From positions 136 to 64,135 of the forward strand of contig CAWACN010000023.1 of the NCBI GenBank assembly GCA_963780525.1: a stretch of 64,000 nt of DNA, in the 5' to 3' direction. The notes beneath the pieces are model-generated. The model did no database searches and was not told the origin of the DNA. It was given only the letters and a program-made list of their open reading frames with translations. This document shows positions 28,693 to 38,497 of this stretch, one piece after another. This DNA comes from an uncultured Acidimicrobiaceae bacterium. GTDB lineage: Bacteria > Actinomycetota > Acidimicrobiia > Acidimicrobiales > RAAP-2. How positions within the stretch are numbered: the first letter of the stretch is position 1; each line of letters begins with the position of its first letter. The position numbers and the translations under genes were made by a program.

Positions 28693-29451
28693 GTGGAGAT
28701 CCAGGGCAAGAAAGCCGTCATCGTCGGTGGCGCGTCGGGCATGGCCAAGGCGTCGGCCGAGCTGCTCCGCCAAAAAGGTGCCGACATCGCCATCCTCGAC
28801 CTGCCGAACACCGCCGGCGCCGAAGTCGCCAAGGAGCTCGGAGGCACCTTCCACGAGGTCAACATTCTGGACGAAGCCCAGACCGAATCGGCACTGGCCG
28901 ACGCCGTCGACGCGCTCGGCGGTCTGCACATCGCGGTGAACACCGCCGGCGGAGGCGCCGCCAAGCGCACGCTCAGCAAGGACGGCCCGCACCCGCTGGA
29001 CACCTTCCGCCAGACCATTGAGCTGAACCTGATCGGCACGTTCAACCTCAACCGCCTGCAGGCCTTCCACATGTCGACCAACGAGCCCGAAGACGGCGAG
29101 CGCGGCGTCATGATCGACACCGCCTCCATCGCCGCCTACGAAGGGCAGATCGGGCAGGTGGCCTACGCGGCAGCCAAGTCCGGCATCGTCGGCATGGTCT
29201 TCACCATGGCGCGCGACCTCGGGAGCCTGGGCATCCGGGCCATGGCCATCGCGCCGAGCCTCTTCGCCACCGGACTCACGGAGGGAATTCCGGACGAATT
29301 CGCGGCGACCCTGACCAAAGACGCCGCATTCCCCAAGCGGCTGGGCAGGCCCGAGGAGTACGGGAAGCTGGCCGTGGCGATCGTCGAGAACCCGATGCTC
29401 AACGGGCTCTGCATCCGCCTCGACGCCGGCACCCGCTTCGCTCCCAAGTAA
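28693..29451 (+). CDS. SDR family 3-hydroxyacyl-CoA dehydrogenase-like oxidoreductase
   Basis: It carries KKAVIVGGASGMAKA and the YAAAKSG catalytic motif. The GTG at 28693 is preceded by GGAGAGGAA. Confidence 0.88.
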   Translation: MEIQGKKAVIVGGASGMAKASAELLRQKGADIAILDLPNTAGAEVAKELGGTFHEVNILDEAQTESALADAVDALGGLHIAVNTAGGGAAKRTLSKDGPHPLDTFRQTIELNLIGTFNLNRLQAFHMSTNEPEDGERGVMIDTASIAAYEGQIGQVAYAAAKSGIVGMVFTMARDLGSLGIRAMAIAPSLFATGLTEGIPDEFAATLTKDAAFPKRLGRPEEYGKLAVAIVENPMLNGLCIRLDAGTRFAPK

Positions 29452-29474
29452 GCGCGCAAAGGGGCGGGCGCACA

Positions 29475-30536
29475 ATGTCGCCGGTGCGGTCGGTCGACCT
29501 GCGGATCGATGTCACGGACGCAGCCGGGCTGGGTGAGCCGGCCCACATTGCGCTCACCGTCACCGCGCCGGACGCGCTTCCGCCTGTTCCTGTCGTCTGC
29601 TTCGCCAAACCGGGGGCGGGTTACAGCCGCGGCTACTACACCGAGGACCTGCCCGGACCGGGGCGCGGTGCCCAGGCCACCTGGCATGCCGAACGCGGGT
29701 GGATCTTCGTCTCGGTCGACCATCTCGGTGTGGGCGACAGCTCGCTGCACGATCCCGAGCGGCTGACGTTCGCACCCGTCATCGCAGCGAGTCAGGCCGC
29801 CGAAGCCGAAGTGCGGCAGAGGCTGGCGGCGGGCACCCTGATGGACACGCTGGACCCCGTGGCGGACTTCCTCACGGTCGGGATCGGACAGTCGATGGGT
29901 GGGGCCTTCACCATCGTGCAGCAAGGGCGGCACCACGGATACGACGGTGTCGCCATTCTCGGCTACAGCCCGTTGCGGACGCAGCCGACGACGGGCCCCG
30001 GACAGCCACCGCTCCCGCTTCCCTGGGTGCCGCGCGACGCGCAGCTGTCCGACGGCGTCTTCACCAACGGGCCGGCACTGGCTGAGCTTCCGAACGCTGA
30101 TCCGGCGGCCTTTGCAGAGGCGGGGGAAGCGCTGCCGATGGCGTGGGGCTTCCACTACGACGACGTCGATCCGGCGGTCGTGCGGCGCGACATGGAGGAC
30201 TATCCCGCCCGGCACGGCGACCTCCCGCCGTGGGGATCGGCCACCATCCCGGCTACGGCGGTGCTTTGGTGTCTCGCACCGGGCTCCACGCTGGCGGAAG
30301 CCGCGGCAATCCGTGCACCCGTCCTCGTGGCGTTGGGCGAGCGTGACGTCCTGGTCGATCCACGCGGTGAGCCGCGTGCCTACGAGTCGGCTGCGAGTGT
30401 CGACCTCTTCGTCTGCCCGCGCATGGCGCACATGCACAACTTTGCGGGCACACGTGAGCTGTTCTGGCGCCGTTTGGAGACGTGGGCCGATTGGGTCCGT
30501 GCGGTCCGGGATGCCGGCCCGGACGCCGCGGGCTGA
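29475..30536 (+). CDS. alpha/beta hydrolase
   Basis: 353 aa with the nucleophile elbow GIGQSMGG and normal composition. Confidence 0.8.
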   Translation: MSPVRSVDLRIDVTDAAGLGEPAHIALTVTAPDALPPVPVVCFAKPGAGYSRGYYTEDLPGPGRGAQATWHAERGWIFVSVDHLGVGDSSLHDPERLTFAPVIAASQAAEAEVRQRLAAGTLMDTLDPVADFLTVGIGQSMGGAFTIVQQGRHHGYDGVAILGYSPLRTQPTTGPGQPPLPLPWVPRDAQLSDGVFTNGPALAELPNADPAAFAEAGEALPMAWGFHYDDVDPAVVRRDMEDYPARHGDLPPWGSATIPATAVLWCLAPGSTLAEAAAIRAPVLVALGERDVLVDPRGEPRAYESAASVDLFVCPRMAHMHNFAGTRELFWRRLETWADWVRAVRDAGPDAAG

Positions 30537-30564
30537 CGGGCTCGCGCTCTCCGGCGCACCCGGG

Positions 30565-31422
30565 CTAAGTCGCCAGCCGGAACTGATAGGACGCGGCGGT
30601 CACCGGGCGGTCGCCGTCGCCCTCGTCGTGCAGGATGATCCGCACCGCCACCGCACCGTCGGACCCCACGACCGGTTCGGCATCGGCCCGGAACGGACCA
30701 ACCTTGCCCCGGGCGAGGAACATCACGTGCGAGGACAGGGCCTCGAGGCGATCCCTCTCGAAGGCGTGCGCCTCGGCGGCCCGGTCGAAGGCCGCCGTCT
30801 CCAACAAGACGAACTGGGGGCCGAGGTGCAGGGCCGCGTCGGGAGAGGCGACCTCCGACGACAGCACCGGCAATGCCCAATGACCGTCGGGACGGCGAGT
30901 GGCCCCGAAGACCTGCCACAGCGGCGGCAGGTCGGGACCGTCCTCGACCACAATCGGGTCCACCTGCATTTTGTCGAGCCCGGCCGGCGGTGTGCCGATG
31001 CTGACTCCCTGGCCCTGCGTCAGCGCCAGCACCCGGCCCGGCTCGTCCGCGTCGACAATGCGCGAGCGGCTGTAGCCCATCTGACGCCCGTGCTTGAGGA
31101 CCTCCGACACCACCGCAATGCGCCTGACGTCCCGCCCGGGGTCGAGGACCTGGCAAGAGTGGATCACAGGGTTGGGCACGGCCTCCCGGTCACTCCGGCC
31201 GCCGCCCTCGGGCGCGGCGATGCCCAGCACCGCGAGCAGGATGGCGCCCGTCGGAGTCCGCATGTCGCGGCGCAGCGTGACGGTGTCGTCGGTCGGCCCG
31301 AGGTCCATGGACGACCAGCGCCGCCCGATGTAGCGGTAGCTCAGCAAGCCGCCCCAGCGCCGGCGGAGTTCGGCCGCGTACGCCTCGGGATCATTGAGCA
31401 GCTCCCTGATGTCCCTCGGCAT
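30565..31422 (-). CDS. hypothetical protein (possibly hot-dog-fold, thioesterase-like)
   Basis: 285 aa from the ATG at 31422 (MPRDIRELLNDPEAYAAELRRRWG...). Composition is normal, whereas the opposite-strand ORF 29899..31437 is Arg/His/Gly-rich shadow. It is divergent from tesB. The fold guess is weak. Confidence 0.65.
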   Translation of the reverse strand: MPRDIRELLNDPEAYAAELRRRWGGLLSYRYIGRRWSSMDLGPTDDTVTLRRDMRTPTGAILLAVLGIAAPEGGGRSDREAVPNPVIHSCQVLDPGRDVRRIAVVSEVLKHGRQMGYSRSRIVDADEPGRVLALTQGQGVSIGTPPAGLDKMQVDPIVVEDGPDLPPLWQVFGATRRPDGHWALPVLSSEVASPDAALHLGPQFVLLETAAFDRAAEAHAFERDRLEALSSHVMFLARGKVGPFRADAEPVVGSDGAVAVRIILHDEGDGDRPVTAASYQFRLAT

Positions 31423-31491
31423 CACCGGCCTGTCTAGCGCAGAAGGCCGCGGACCGGTCCACTTGCCCCGGGGCCGCCGCCCTGCACACTC

Positions 31492-32403
31492 TTGAGCATG
31501 GACTTGGCCGCGGACCTGCGCTCGCTGCTCACTCTGGAGCGGGTGGACAAGGACCTCTTCCGGGGGCGCAACGCCAACTACGGCCCCCGCCGCACCCTCT
31601 TCGGCGGGCAGGTGGCGGCGCAGTGCCTGCTGGCCGCCGCGGCAACCGTCGAGGCCGGGCGGCTGCCGCACTCCTTCCACGGCTACTTCCTCCGAGCGGG
31701 TCGCAGCGACATCCCGGTGATCCTGGAGGTCGATCGTGATCGGGACGGGCGCTCGTTCTCGGCCCGCCGTGTCGTGGCCATTCAGGACGGCGAGGTCATC
31801 TTCTCCATGGTCACCTCGTTCCAGGTGGAGACCGAAGATGGCGCCCGGTTCGACGACGCCCCACGCCGGGAGGTGCCCACGCCAGAGGACACGACGCTCG
31901 GTGGTTGGAATCCCCTCCTCGACGTGCGCCCCGTCACGCCGACCGACTTCTTGAAGGGCGTGTTCACCGACTGCCTGTGGGTCAAGTCGGCCGTCTCCCT
32001 CGGTGATGATCCGCTGGTGCACAGAGCCGGACTGACCTACCTGTCCGACCTGGGGACCGGCTTCGGTCAGCAGGACCGCAAGCTGATCGGACGGGGCGGC
32101 CCTTCCATCGACCACTCCGTCTGGTTCCAGGAGGACATCCGCGCCGACGAGTGGGTACTCGTCGACCTGCGACCGGTGAAGGCCCGCAGCGCACGGGGGG
32201 CGTACCACGGCTCGCTGCGGGATCGCGACGGCGCGCTGGGTGCCACGATCTACCAGGAGCAGCTGCTCATCCCGGGTTCGGCGGCCGACCTGCGGGCGGG
32301 CGTGTTCCCCGACGACGAGGACGTGGCCGTCGAGAATGGCGACCCCGAGGACGTGGCCGAACGTGCGGCGGCGCGGGGAGAGCATCCTGCGGCGGCTGAG
32401 TGA
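31492..32403 (+). CDS. tesB: acyl-CoA thioesterase II
   Basis: It shows the double hot-dog TesB pattern: LLTLERVDKDLFRG...LFGGQVAAQCLLAAAATV...HSFHGYFLRAG...GRSFSARRVVAIQDGEVIFSMVTSFQ. Confidence 0.85.
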   Translation: MSMDLAADLRSLLTLERVDKDLFRGRNANYGPRRTLFGGQVAAQCLLAAAATVEAGRLPHSFHGYFLRAGRSDIPVILEVDRDRDGRSFSARRVVAIQDGEVIFSMVTSFQVETEDGARFDDAPRREVPTPEDTTLGGWNPLLDVRPVTPTDFLKGVFTDCLWVKSAVSLGDDPLVHRAGLTYLSDLGTGFGQQDRKLIGRGGPSIDHSVWFQEDIRADEWVLVDLRPVKARSARGAYHGSLRDRDGALGATIYQEQLLIPGSAADLRAGVFPDDEDVAVENGDPEDVAERAAARGEHPAAAE

Positions 32404-32481
32404 CCGAGTGACCGAGCGTCGGAACGACCTTTGGCGCGGCGCCGCTCTGCGGTGGCAGGGTGGCGTGGTTCGCTACCGACA

Positions 32482-32497
32482 ATAGAGGATACTCTTT
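32482..32497. promoter_or_regulatory. 16-bp box ATAGAGGATACTCTTT abutting a start codon
   Basis: It ends 5 nt before ATG 32503. The embedded TACTCT ends 7 nt before the ATG, which suggests a leaderless mRNA. Confidence 0.55.
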
Positions 32498-32502
32498 CTG
32501 CC

Positions 32503-34660
32503 ATGCCGATCGCCATCACCGAAGACCACCAGACCCTGGGCCAGACGGCCTCGGACTTCCTGGCCAAGCACGATTCCCGAGGAGCAGCCCGGGCCCTGCT
32601 GGAGGCCGGGACCGAAGCCCTGCCCTCGTTCTGGGGCGACATCGCCGAGCTGGGATGGCTGGGGCTGCACCTGCCCGAGGAGCACGGCGGATCGGGCTTC
32701 GGCCTGCCCGAGCTGGTCGTCGTTGTCGAGGAGCTCGGGCGGGCCCTGACGCCCGGACCCTTCATCCCGACCGTGATCGCCAGCGCGGTCATTGACACTG
32801 CCGGCTCCGACGAGCTGGCCGCCCGGTTGCTGCCCGGCTTGGCCGATGGGTCCGTGGTGGCCGGCGTCGCCCTCGAAGGGGACGTCACCGTGCGCGACGG
32901 TCGGGCCGCCGGGACGGTGCCGGCGGTGTTGGGTGGTGGCCTCGCCCACATCCTCGTCCTGCCGGTGGGGGACGACGTCATCGTCGTCGACGTCTCGGCC
33001 GGCGGGGTGCAGGTGGAGGTGCCACCCAACCTCGACCCCACGCGGCGTTCGGCCCGCGTCAGCCTCGACGGCGCACCGGCCGAAGTGATCGCCGGCGGAA
33101 GGCGGGCCCTGGTCGACCTCGCTCGCCTCATTGTGGCCGCCGAAGCGACCGGTGTCGCCAACGAATGCACCGAGCAGGCGGCCGCCTACGCCAAGGTGCG
33201 CGTGCAGTTCGGCCGGCCCATCGCGACCTTCCAAGCCGTCAAGCACCACTGCGCCAACATGCTGGTGGCCTCCGAGCTGGCGACCGGGGCCGTGTGGGAC
33301 GCGGCCCGGGCGGCGAGCGAGGGCGCCGACCAGTTCACCTACGCCGCTGCCATCGCCGCCGCGCTGGCCCTCGCGGCGGGTGACGAGTGCGCCAACCTCA
33401 ACACCCAGGTGCACGGCGGCATCGCGATCACGTGGGAGCACGACGCGCACCTGTATCTCCGCCGGGCGACCGCACTCGAGGCGTTCGTCGACGGCGAGGC
33501 GGCCGCCCGTGAGATCACCGACCTGGTCCGCCAAGGAGCACGGCGCACGCGCACCATCGACCTGCCACCCGAGGCCGAGCCCATGCGCGACGAGGTGCGA
33601 GCCTTCGCGCAGCGTGTGCACGGCCTCGACGCCGCGGCGCAGCGCGACGCCATGATCGAGACCGGGCTACGTCATGCCGCACTGGCCCCTGCCCTGGGGC
33701 CGCAACGCCGGCGCGGTCGAGCAACTCGTCATTGAGCAGGAGTTCGCGGCGGCCGACGTGAAGCGTCCGCAGTACTCCATCACCGGATGGGTCATTCTGA
33801 CGCTGATCCAGAACGCCACGAAGGATCAGGTCGAGCGCTGGGTCCTCCCCGCACTGCGCCAGGACGTCATTTGGTGCCAGCTGTTCAGCGAACCCGAGGC
33901 CGGGAGCGACGCCGCCGGTGTCAGGACGCGCGGGACGCGGGTGGACGGCGGCTGGCTGGTGAACGGCCAGAAGGTCTGGACGAGCGGGGCGCACTATGCC
34001 AGCTTCGGCTTGGCCACCATCCGCACCGATCCCGAGGCGCCGAAGCACGAAGGCATCACGACCATGGTGATCGACATGCATGCCGAAGGTGTGGAGGTGC
34101 GTCCGTTGCGCATGACCACGGGACAGTCGGAATTCAACGAGGTCTTCTTCAACGACGTGTTCGTACCGGACGACGATGTCGTCGGCCCCGTGAACGGTGG
34201 CTGGACGGTGGCGCGAGCCACACTCGGCAACGAGAGCGTCTCCATCGGCGGCGGTCAGGGCGGCCAGACCACGCCGGCCGGCGTGATCATCGGGCCGTAC
34301 GATGCCCACCCGGAGCGCCTGCCGGGCGGAGCCGGGCGGATCGGTCGCTACATAGCCCAGACCGAGGCCGTGACACTGCTCAACATGCGCACCGCCCACC
34401 GCGCGCTCATCGGTGGTGGCCCCGGCCCCGAGGGCAACGTCACCAAGCTGGTGCTGACCGAGATCGGCCACGAGGCGACGGCCATCACCGTCGCGGTGAG
34501 TGGGTCCGGGACCCTGTTCAGCGACGGTGCCGGCGCAATGGTGTCGGCCATGGTGCTCATGCACCGGGGCATGTCGATCGCCGGCGGCACGTCCGAGATC
34601 AAACGCAACCAGATCGGCGAGCGCATCCTCGGCCTGCCGCGGGACCCGCTCATCAACTAG
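32503..34660 (+). pseudogene. two-domain (fused alpha/beta-type) acyl-CoA dehydrogenase, apparent +1 frameshift at 33664-33667
   Basis: Domain 1 is in the frame of ORF 32431..33735 (MPIAITEDHQTLGQTASDF...VHGGIAITWEHDAHLYLRRA...PMRDEVRAFAQRVHGLDAAAQRDAMIETG). Domain 2 is in ORF 33674..34660 (YVMPHWPLPWGRNAG...WCQLFSEPEAGSD...GGTSEIKRNQIGERILGLPRD). No stop separates the domains. The junction is accGGGctac. A paralog reads EAGY at the same point. Confidence 0.8.
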
Positions 34661-34683
34661 CGGTCTCGCTCTACGCTCGGTCC

Positions 34684-34944
34684 GTGTCCTCGCGGCTCGA
34701 CAAGTCCTGGAAGGTGCTGGCCAGCCCGTCGACGCCCAGCGTGGACCGTTGTGTCGACATCTTCCTCAGACCCGACGGCACCTTCGGATTCGAGGAGTTC
34801 CGACGGGATCCTGAAGACCGCGGCGCCTGGACGCCGATGACCTACTTCTCGGGCCGGGAATACGACACCGAGGCGGAAGCCCTCGCTGCAGCCAGGACAC
34901 ACGTGCCCTGGCTGGGCGAAGTGCTCGATGCCGGCATGCGTTGA
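34684..34944 (+). CDS. small hypothetical protein (86 aa)
   Basis: The GTG at 34684 opens VSSRLDKSWKVLASPSTPSVDRCVDIFLRPDGTFGFEEFRRDPEDRGAWTPMTYF.... Composition is reasonable. No family is recognised. Confidence 0.5.
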   Translation: MSSRLDKSWKVLASPSTPSVDRCVDIFLRPDGTFGFEEFRRDPEDRGAWTPMTYFSGREYDTEAEALAAARTHVPWLGEVLDAGMR

Positions 34945-34954
34945 ATCACTCTGG

Positions 34955-35418
34955 TTACTGGCCCCCGAAAGTCGTCTCGGGGGAGCGCCAGTCAGTCGAT
35001 ACGAACCGGTGCGCAATAAGCCAGCGGTCGCCGACGGGGACGAGACGGTCGCGGTAGCGGCCCATGTGATCGAGGCCGATCTCGGTGATCACCGTGAAAT
35101 AGCTGGCGACGACCGCCTCGTTCGGTTGGAGGGATTCGAACCTCACATTCGTCACGTTGTGGCGCACGATCCTGCGCCGCGCCCGGCGTCGCGCTTCTTC
35201 GCCGCTTCCTGCTGCGCCTGCACGGCTACAGTCGCGCCGCCGAAACGCGCCTTGATGGCCTCTCGGCCCTGCAGCGGCTCTGCATTGCGGATTTCGAGGA
35301 CACCGTCCACGCAGAAGGCCCCGGCGAAGTCGTCGAGGAGGTAGCGATCGCCGCTGTGCGTGTACTGCGCCAGCGTGTCGCGACATGCCTCGCGGGCGGC
35401 GAGCTCCCAGAGTTCCAC
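34955..35418 (-). pseudogene. SnoaL-like/NTF2-like protein, apparent -1 frameshift between 35173 and 35236
   Basis: The N-terminal part MELWELAAREACRDTLAQYTHSGDRYLLDDFAGAFCVDGVLEI...EAIKARFGG is in ORF 35152..35418. The C-terminal part IVRHNVTNVRFESLQPNEAVVASYFTVITEIGLDHMGRYRDRLVPVGDRWLIAHRF is at the end of ORF 34955..35752. Confidence 0.7.
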
Positions 35419-35542
35419 GGCGGCGTCGGCTCCTTCTCGCTCGTCTTGGCGGACCTGGCGATCCTACGCAGGGCCAGCAGGAGCCGGCACCTTCGTGACG
35501 GCGTCCCCCGACGCACCGGCCACCTGCTCCTAAAGTGCGCCT

Positions 35543-37489
35543 ATGGCTGACGCTGATGCCCACGGCAGCCGGGCCTCCGGCGTCTGGAACCTCCTGATCG
35601 GCCCACCCAAGTCGGCGCGGGGTGCAGGGAAGGATCGGATAACACCCGTCGAGGGCCTGTCGGCCCTGTCGCTCGACGCCCTGACGTCCGTCGCCTACGG
35701 CCCCGAGGCCATCATCCTCGTGCTGGCTGTGGCCGGCGCCGGGGCGCTCCATCTGGTCCTGCCCATCACCATCGCCATCGTGTTGCTGCTGGCGATCCTG
35801 GTGTTCTCGTACCGCCAGGTCATCGATGCCTATCCGATGGGCGGCGGGGCCTATGCCGTCTCACGGGCCAACCTCGGCGCAAACGTCAGCCTCGTCGCCG
35901 CCGCGTCGCTGGTCGTCGACTACACGCTGACGGTCGCCGTCTCCATCGCCGCTGGTGTGGCGTCGCTGCAGTCCGCCTTCCCGAGCCTGGACGGGGCCAC
36001 GATCCCACTCTGTCTCGGGATCCTCCTTTTCATCATGGTGCTGAACCTGCGCGGCCTCGGAGAGACGGCGCGGGCCTTCTTGCTCCCGACTCTCCTGTTC
36101 ATCGTCGGCTTGCTGGCCATCATCGCGATCGGGCTCATCCACCCCCTCGGGCTCAACGAGTCGCAGCTCGGCACGTCCCAATTGCCCACCACGAGCTTCA
36201 AGGCCGTGACATTCCTGTTGATCCTGAAAGCCTTCTCGGCCGGGTGCAGCGCCCTGACCGGGGTGGAGGCGATCGCCAACGGCACGCCGCTGTTCCGGGA
36301 ACCCCGGACCGTGCGGGCCAAGCGGACCGAAATGCTGCTCGGCCTCATCCTCGGCGCCATGCTGCTCGGACTCGCGGTCCTGGCCAAGCGCTGGCAGATC
36401 GGCCCCCGCACGGGCCAGACGGTGCTGAGTCAGATCATGGCCATGTCCATCGGACGGGGTTTGGCCTACTACATCATTTCGATCACCATCACCGTCGTCC
36501 TCGCCCTGGCGGCCAACACGTCCTTCGGTGGGTTGCCCGTCCTGGCCAGCCTGGTGGCGCGCGACGACTACCTGCCCCACCTCTTCACCATTCGCGGCGA
36601 CCGGCAGACCTTCGGCAACGGAATCTTCGTCCTGACGATCATGGCGGGCGCGCTGCTCGTCGCCGTCGACGGCAACACCAACACCCTCATCCCGCTCTTC
36701 GCCATCGGGGTGTTCATCGGCTTCACGCTTTCCCAGACCGGGCTGGTCGTGCACTGGTGGCGCGAGCGTCCGGCCCACTGGCGGCGCCGCGCCTCCATCA
36801 ACGGCTTCGGCGCGGTGATCACGGCCATCGCCACCGTCGTCTTCCTCGTCTCCAAGTTCACCGAGGGCGCCTGGGTCGTCGTCATCGCCATCCCCGCCTT
36901 CATCTGGCTCTTCCTGCGCATTCACGCCTACTACGAACGCTCCGCCAAGGAGCTTCGTTTCGACGAGAACCCCGGCCTGCCCGAGCCCAAGCGCACCATT
37001 GTGGTGGTGCCGGTCAACCGGATCTCCCGCCTCACCGAGCACGCGCTGAGCGAGGCCGAGTCACTCGGTCAGGAAGTCATCGCCGTGACCGTCATTCTCG
37101 AGGGGGCCGACGAGGGCGCCGCCGCCAAGTCCGAGCATTTCTTCGACCACTGGGACAGGTGGAACTGCGGCATACCGCTGAAGGTGCTGCACACCGAGTA
37201 CGCCTCCGTCGTGCAGCCGATCGTGGCCTTCATCGACAAGCTGCGCGCCGAACACCCCGACGACCAACTCGTTGTCCTGATCCCCATTGTGCGACCCTCG
37301 AAGCTGCGCTACCGGATCCTGCACAACCAGATCGACCTGGTGCTCTCGGCCGCACTGCGGAACAGGGACGACGTGGTGGTGGCCCGGGTCACGGTGCCAC
37401 TGGAGCGGCCGCAGCCCCAGCCCGAAACGGAGGCGACGACCGGGCAACACCCCGCGTCCGGGCCAGGGCCGGGAACCAGCTCGACCTGA
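35543..37489 (+). CDS. APC family permease with C-terminal cytoplasmic domain
   Basis: 648 aa with about 12 hydrophobic helices (LDALTSVAYGPEAIILVLAVAG...) followed by a soluble tail of about 190 aa. TAAAGT ends 6 nt before the ATG, so the mRNA is probably leaderless. Confidence 0.85.
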   Translation: MADADAHGSRASGVWNLLIGPPKSARGAGKDRITPVEGLSALSLDALTSVAYGPEAIILVLAVAGAGALHLVLPITIAIVLLLAILVFSYRQVIDAYPMGGGAYAVSRANLGANVSLVAAASLVVDYTLTVAVSIAAGVASLQSAFPSLDGATIPLCLGILLFIMVLNLRGLGETARAFLLPTLLFIVGLLAIIAIGLIHPLGLNESQLGTSQLPTTSFKAVTFLLILKAFSAGCSALTGVEAIANGTPLFREPRTVRAKRTEMLLGLILGAMLLGLAVLAKRWQIGPRTGQTVLSQIMAMSIGRGLAYYIISITITVVLALAANTSFGGLPVLASLVARDDYLPHLFTIRGDRQTFGNGIFVLTIMAGALLVAVDGNTNTLIPLFAIGVFIGFTLSQTGLVVHWWRERPAHWRRRASINGFGAVITAIATVVFLVSKFTEGAWVVVIAIPAFIWLFLRIHAYYERSAKELRFDENPGLPEPKRTIVVVPVNRISRLTEHALSEAESLGQEVIAVTVILEGADEGAAAKSEHFFDHWDRWNCGIPLKVLHTEYASVVQPIVAFIDKLRAEHPDDQLVVLIPIVRPSKLRYRILHNQIDLVLSAALRNRDDVVVARVTVPLERPQPQPETEATTGQHPASGPGPGTSST

Positions 37490-37498
37490 CGCGTGGGT

Positions 37499-38302
37499 TC
37501 AGCGTCCCTTCCAGACCGGGTCGCGCTTTTCGATGAAGGCGGTGGCACCCTCCTTGGCGTCCTCGCTGCCGAACACCTTGGGCTGCCATTCGGCCGCCAG
37601 CACCTTGGCCCGCTCCAGGTCGGTGGACGCGGTTCGCACCATCTGCTTCGTCGCGTGCAACGCCAGAGGACCGTTCCGTGCGATCCGCTCGGCCAGGGCC
37701 ACTGCAGCGTCGAGGACCTCGGCGGGTGGGACGACCTGGTTGATCAGGCCGAGGGACAGCGCCCGTTCGGCATCGATGGAGTCGCCGGTCAGCGTCAACT
37801 CGAGTGCGACGGCCAGCGGGATGCGCGTGCTGATGAACACGCCTCCGCCGGCGGCGAAAAGGCCGCGCTTGACCTCGGGCACCCCGAAAGAGGCGGCGGA
37901 CGATGCGACCACCACGTCGCAGCCGAGGAGAAGCTCGAAGCCGCCGGCCACGGCTGTGGCGTTGGCTGCGCCGACGATGGGGACGGCAATCTCCCCGTTG
38001 GTGAAGCGGACGAAACCGCGCATGGCGTCCGGATTGCCGCTCATGCCGCCCGAACCGCCCTCGGCGAAACCACGCAGATCCATGCCGGCGCAGAAGGCCC
38101 GGTCGCCCGTCCCGGTGAGCACCACCGCACGGACTTCGGGATCCTGCTCCGCATCGAGCATGGCGAGTCCGATGGCCGACAGCAGCTCGGGGTTCAGTGC
38201 ATTGCGCGCCTCAGGCCGGTTGAGGCGCAGCACCTGCACCGCTCCCCGTCGCTCCTTGACGAGTACCGGCTCGGCCGGACCCTCCGCAGCAGTGTCCGTC
38301 AT
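37499..38302 (-). CDS. enoyl-CoA hydratase/isomerase
   Basis: It shows VQVLRLNRPEARNAL...AFCAGMDL...AVAGGFELLLGCD and the C-terminal EGATAFIEKRDPVWKG. Confidence 0.92.
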   Translation of the reverse strand: MTDTAAEGPAEPVLVKERRGAVQVLRLNRPEARNALNPELLSAIGLAMLDAEQDPEVRAVVLTGTGDRAFCAGMDLRGFAEGGSGGMSGNPDAMRGFVRFTNGEIAVPIVGAANATAVAGGFELLLGCDVVVASSAASFGVPEVKRGLFAAGGGVFISTRIPLAVALELTLTGDSIDAERALSLGLINQVVPPAEVLDAAVALAERIARNGPLALHATKQMVRTASTDLERAKVLAAEWQPKVFGSEDAKEGATAFIEKRDPVWKGR

Positions 38303-38450
38303 CAGGCGACAACCTTTCTGTCTCGCAAGATCGCGATGGCTTCAGCCCAGTGGTGAAGCCCGCTCAGTATGGCCTCCGCGTGCGGGCCGGCTCCGTCCTG
38401 GGCTGCCATCATCGCGTGGCCGGACGTCTGCAGTCCGGGATCTGAAACGT

Positions 38451-38466
38451 GTTGAGTATACTGAAT
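38451..38466. promoter_or_regulatory. degenerate box GTTGAGTATACTGAAT (core palindrome AGTATACT)
   Basis: It lies in the 195-bp gap between two divergent crotonase genes (38302 and 38498). Confidence 0.3.
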
Positions 38467-38497
38467 TAGCCGCCGGACCACCGAGGAGGGCACAGCC

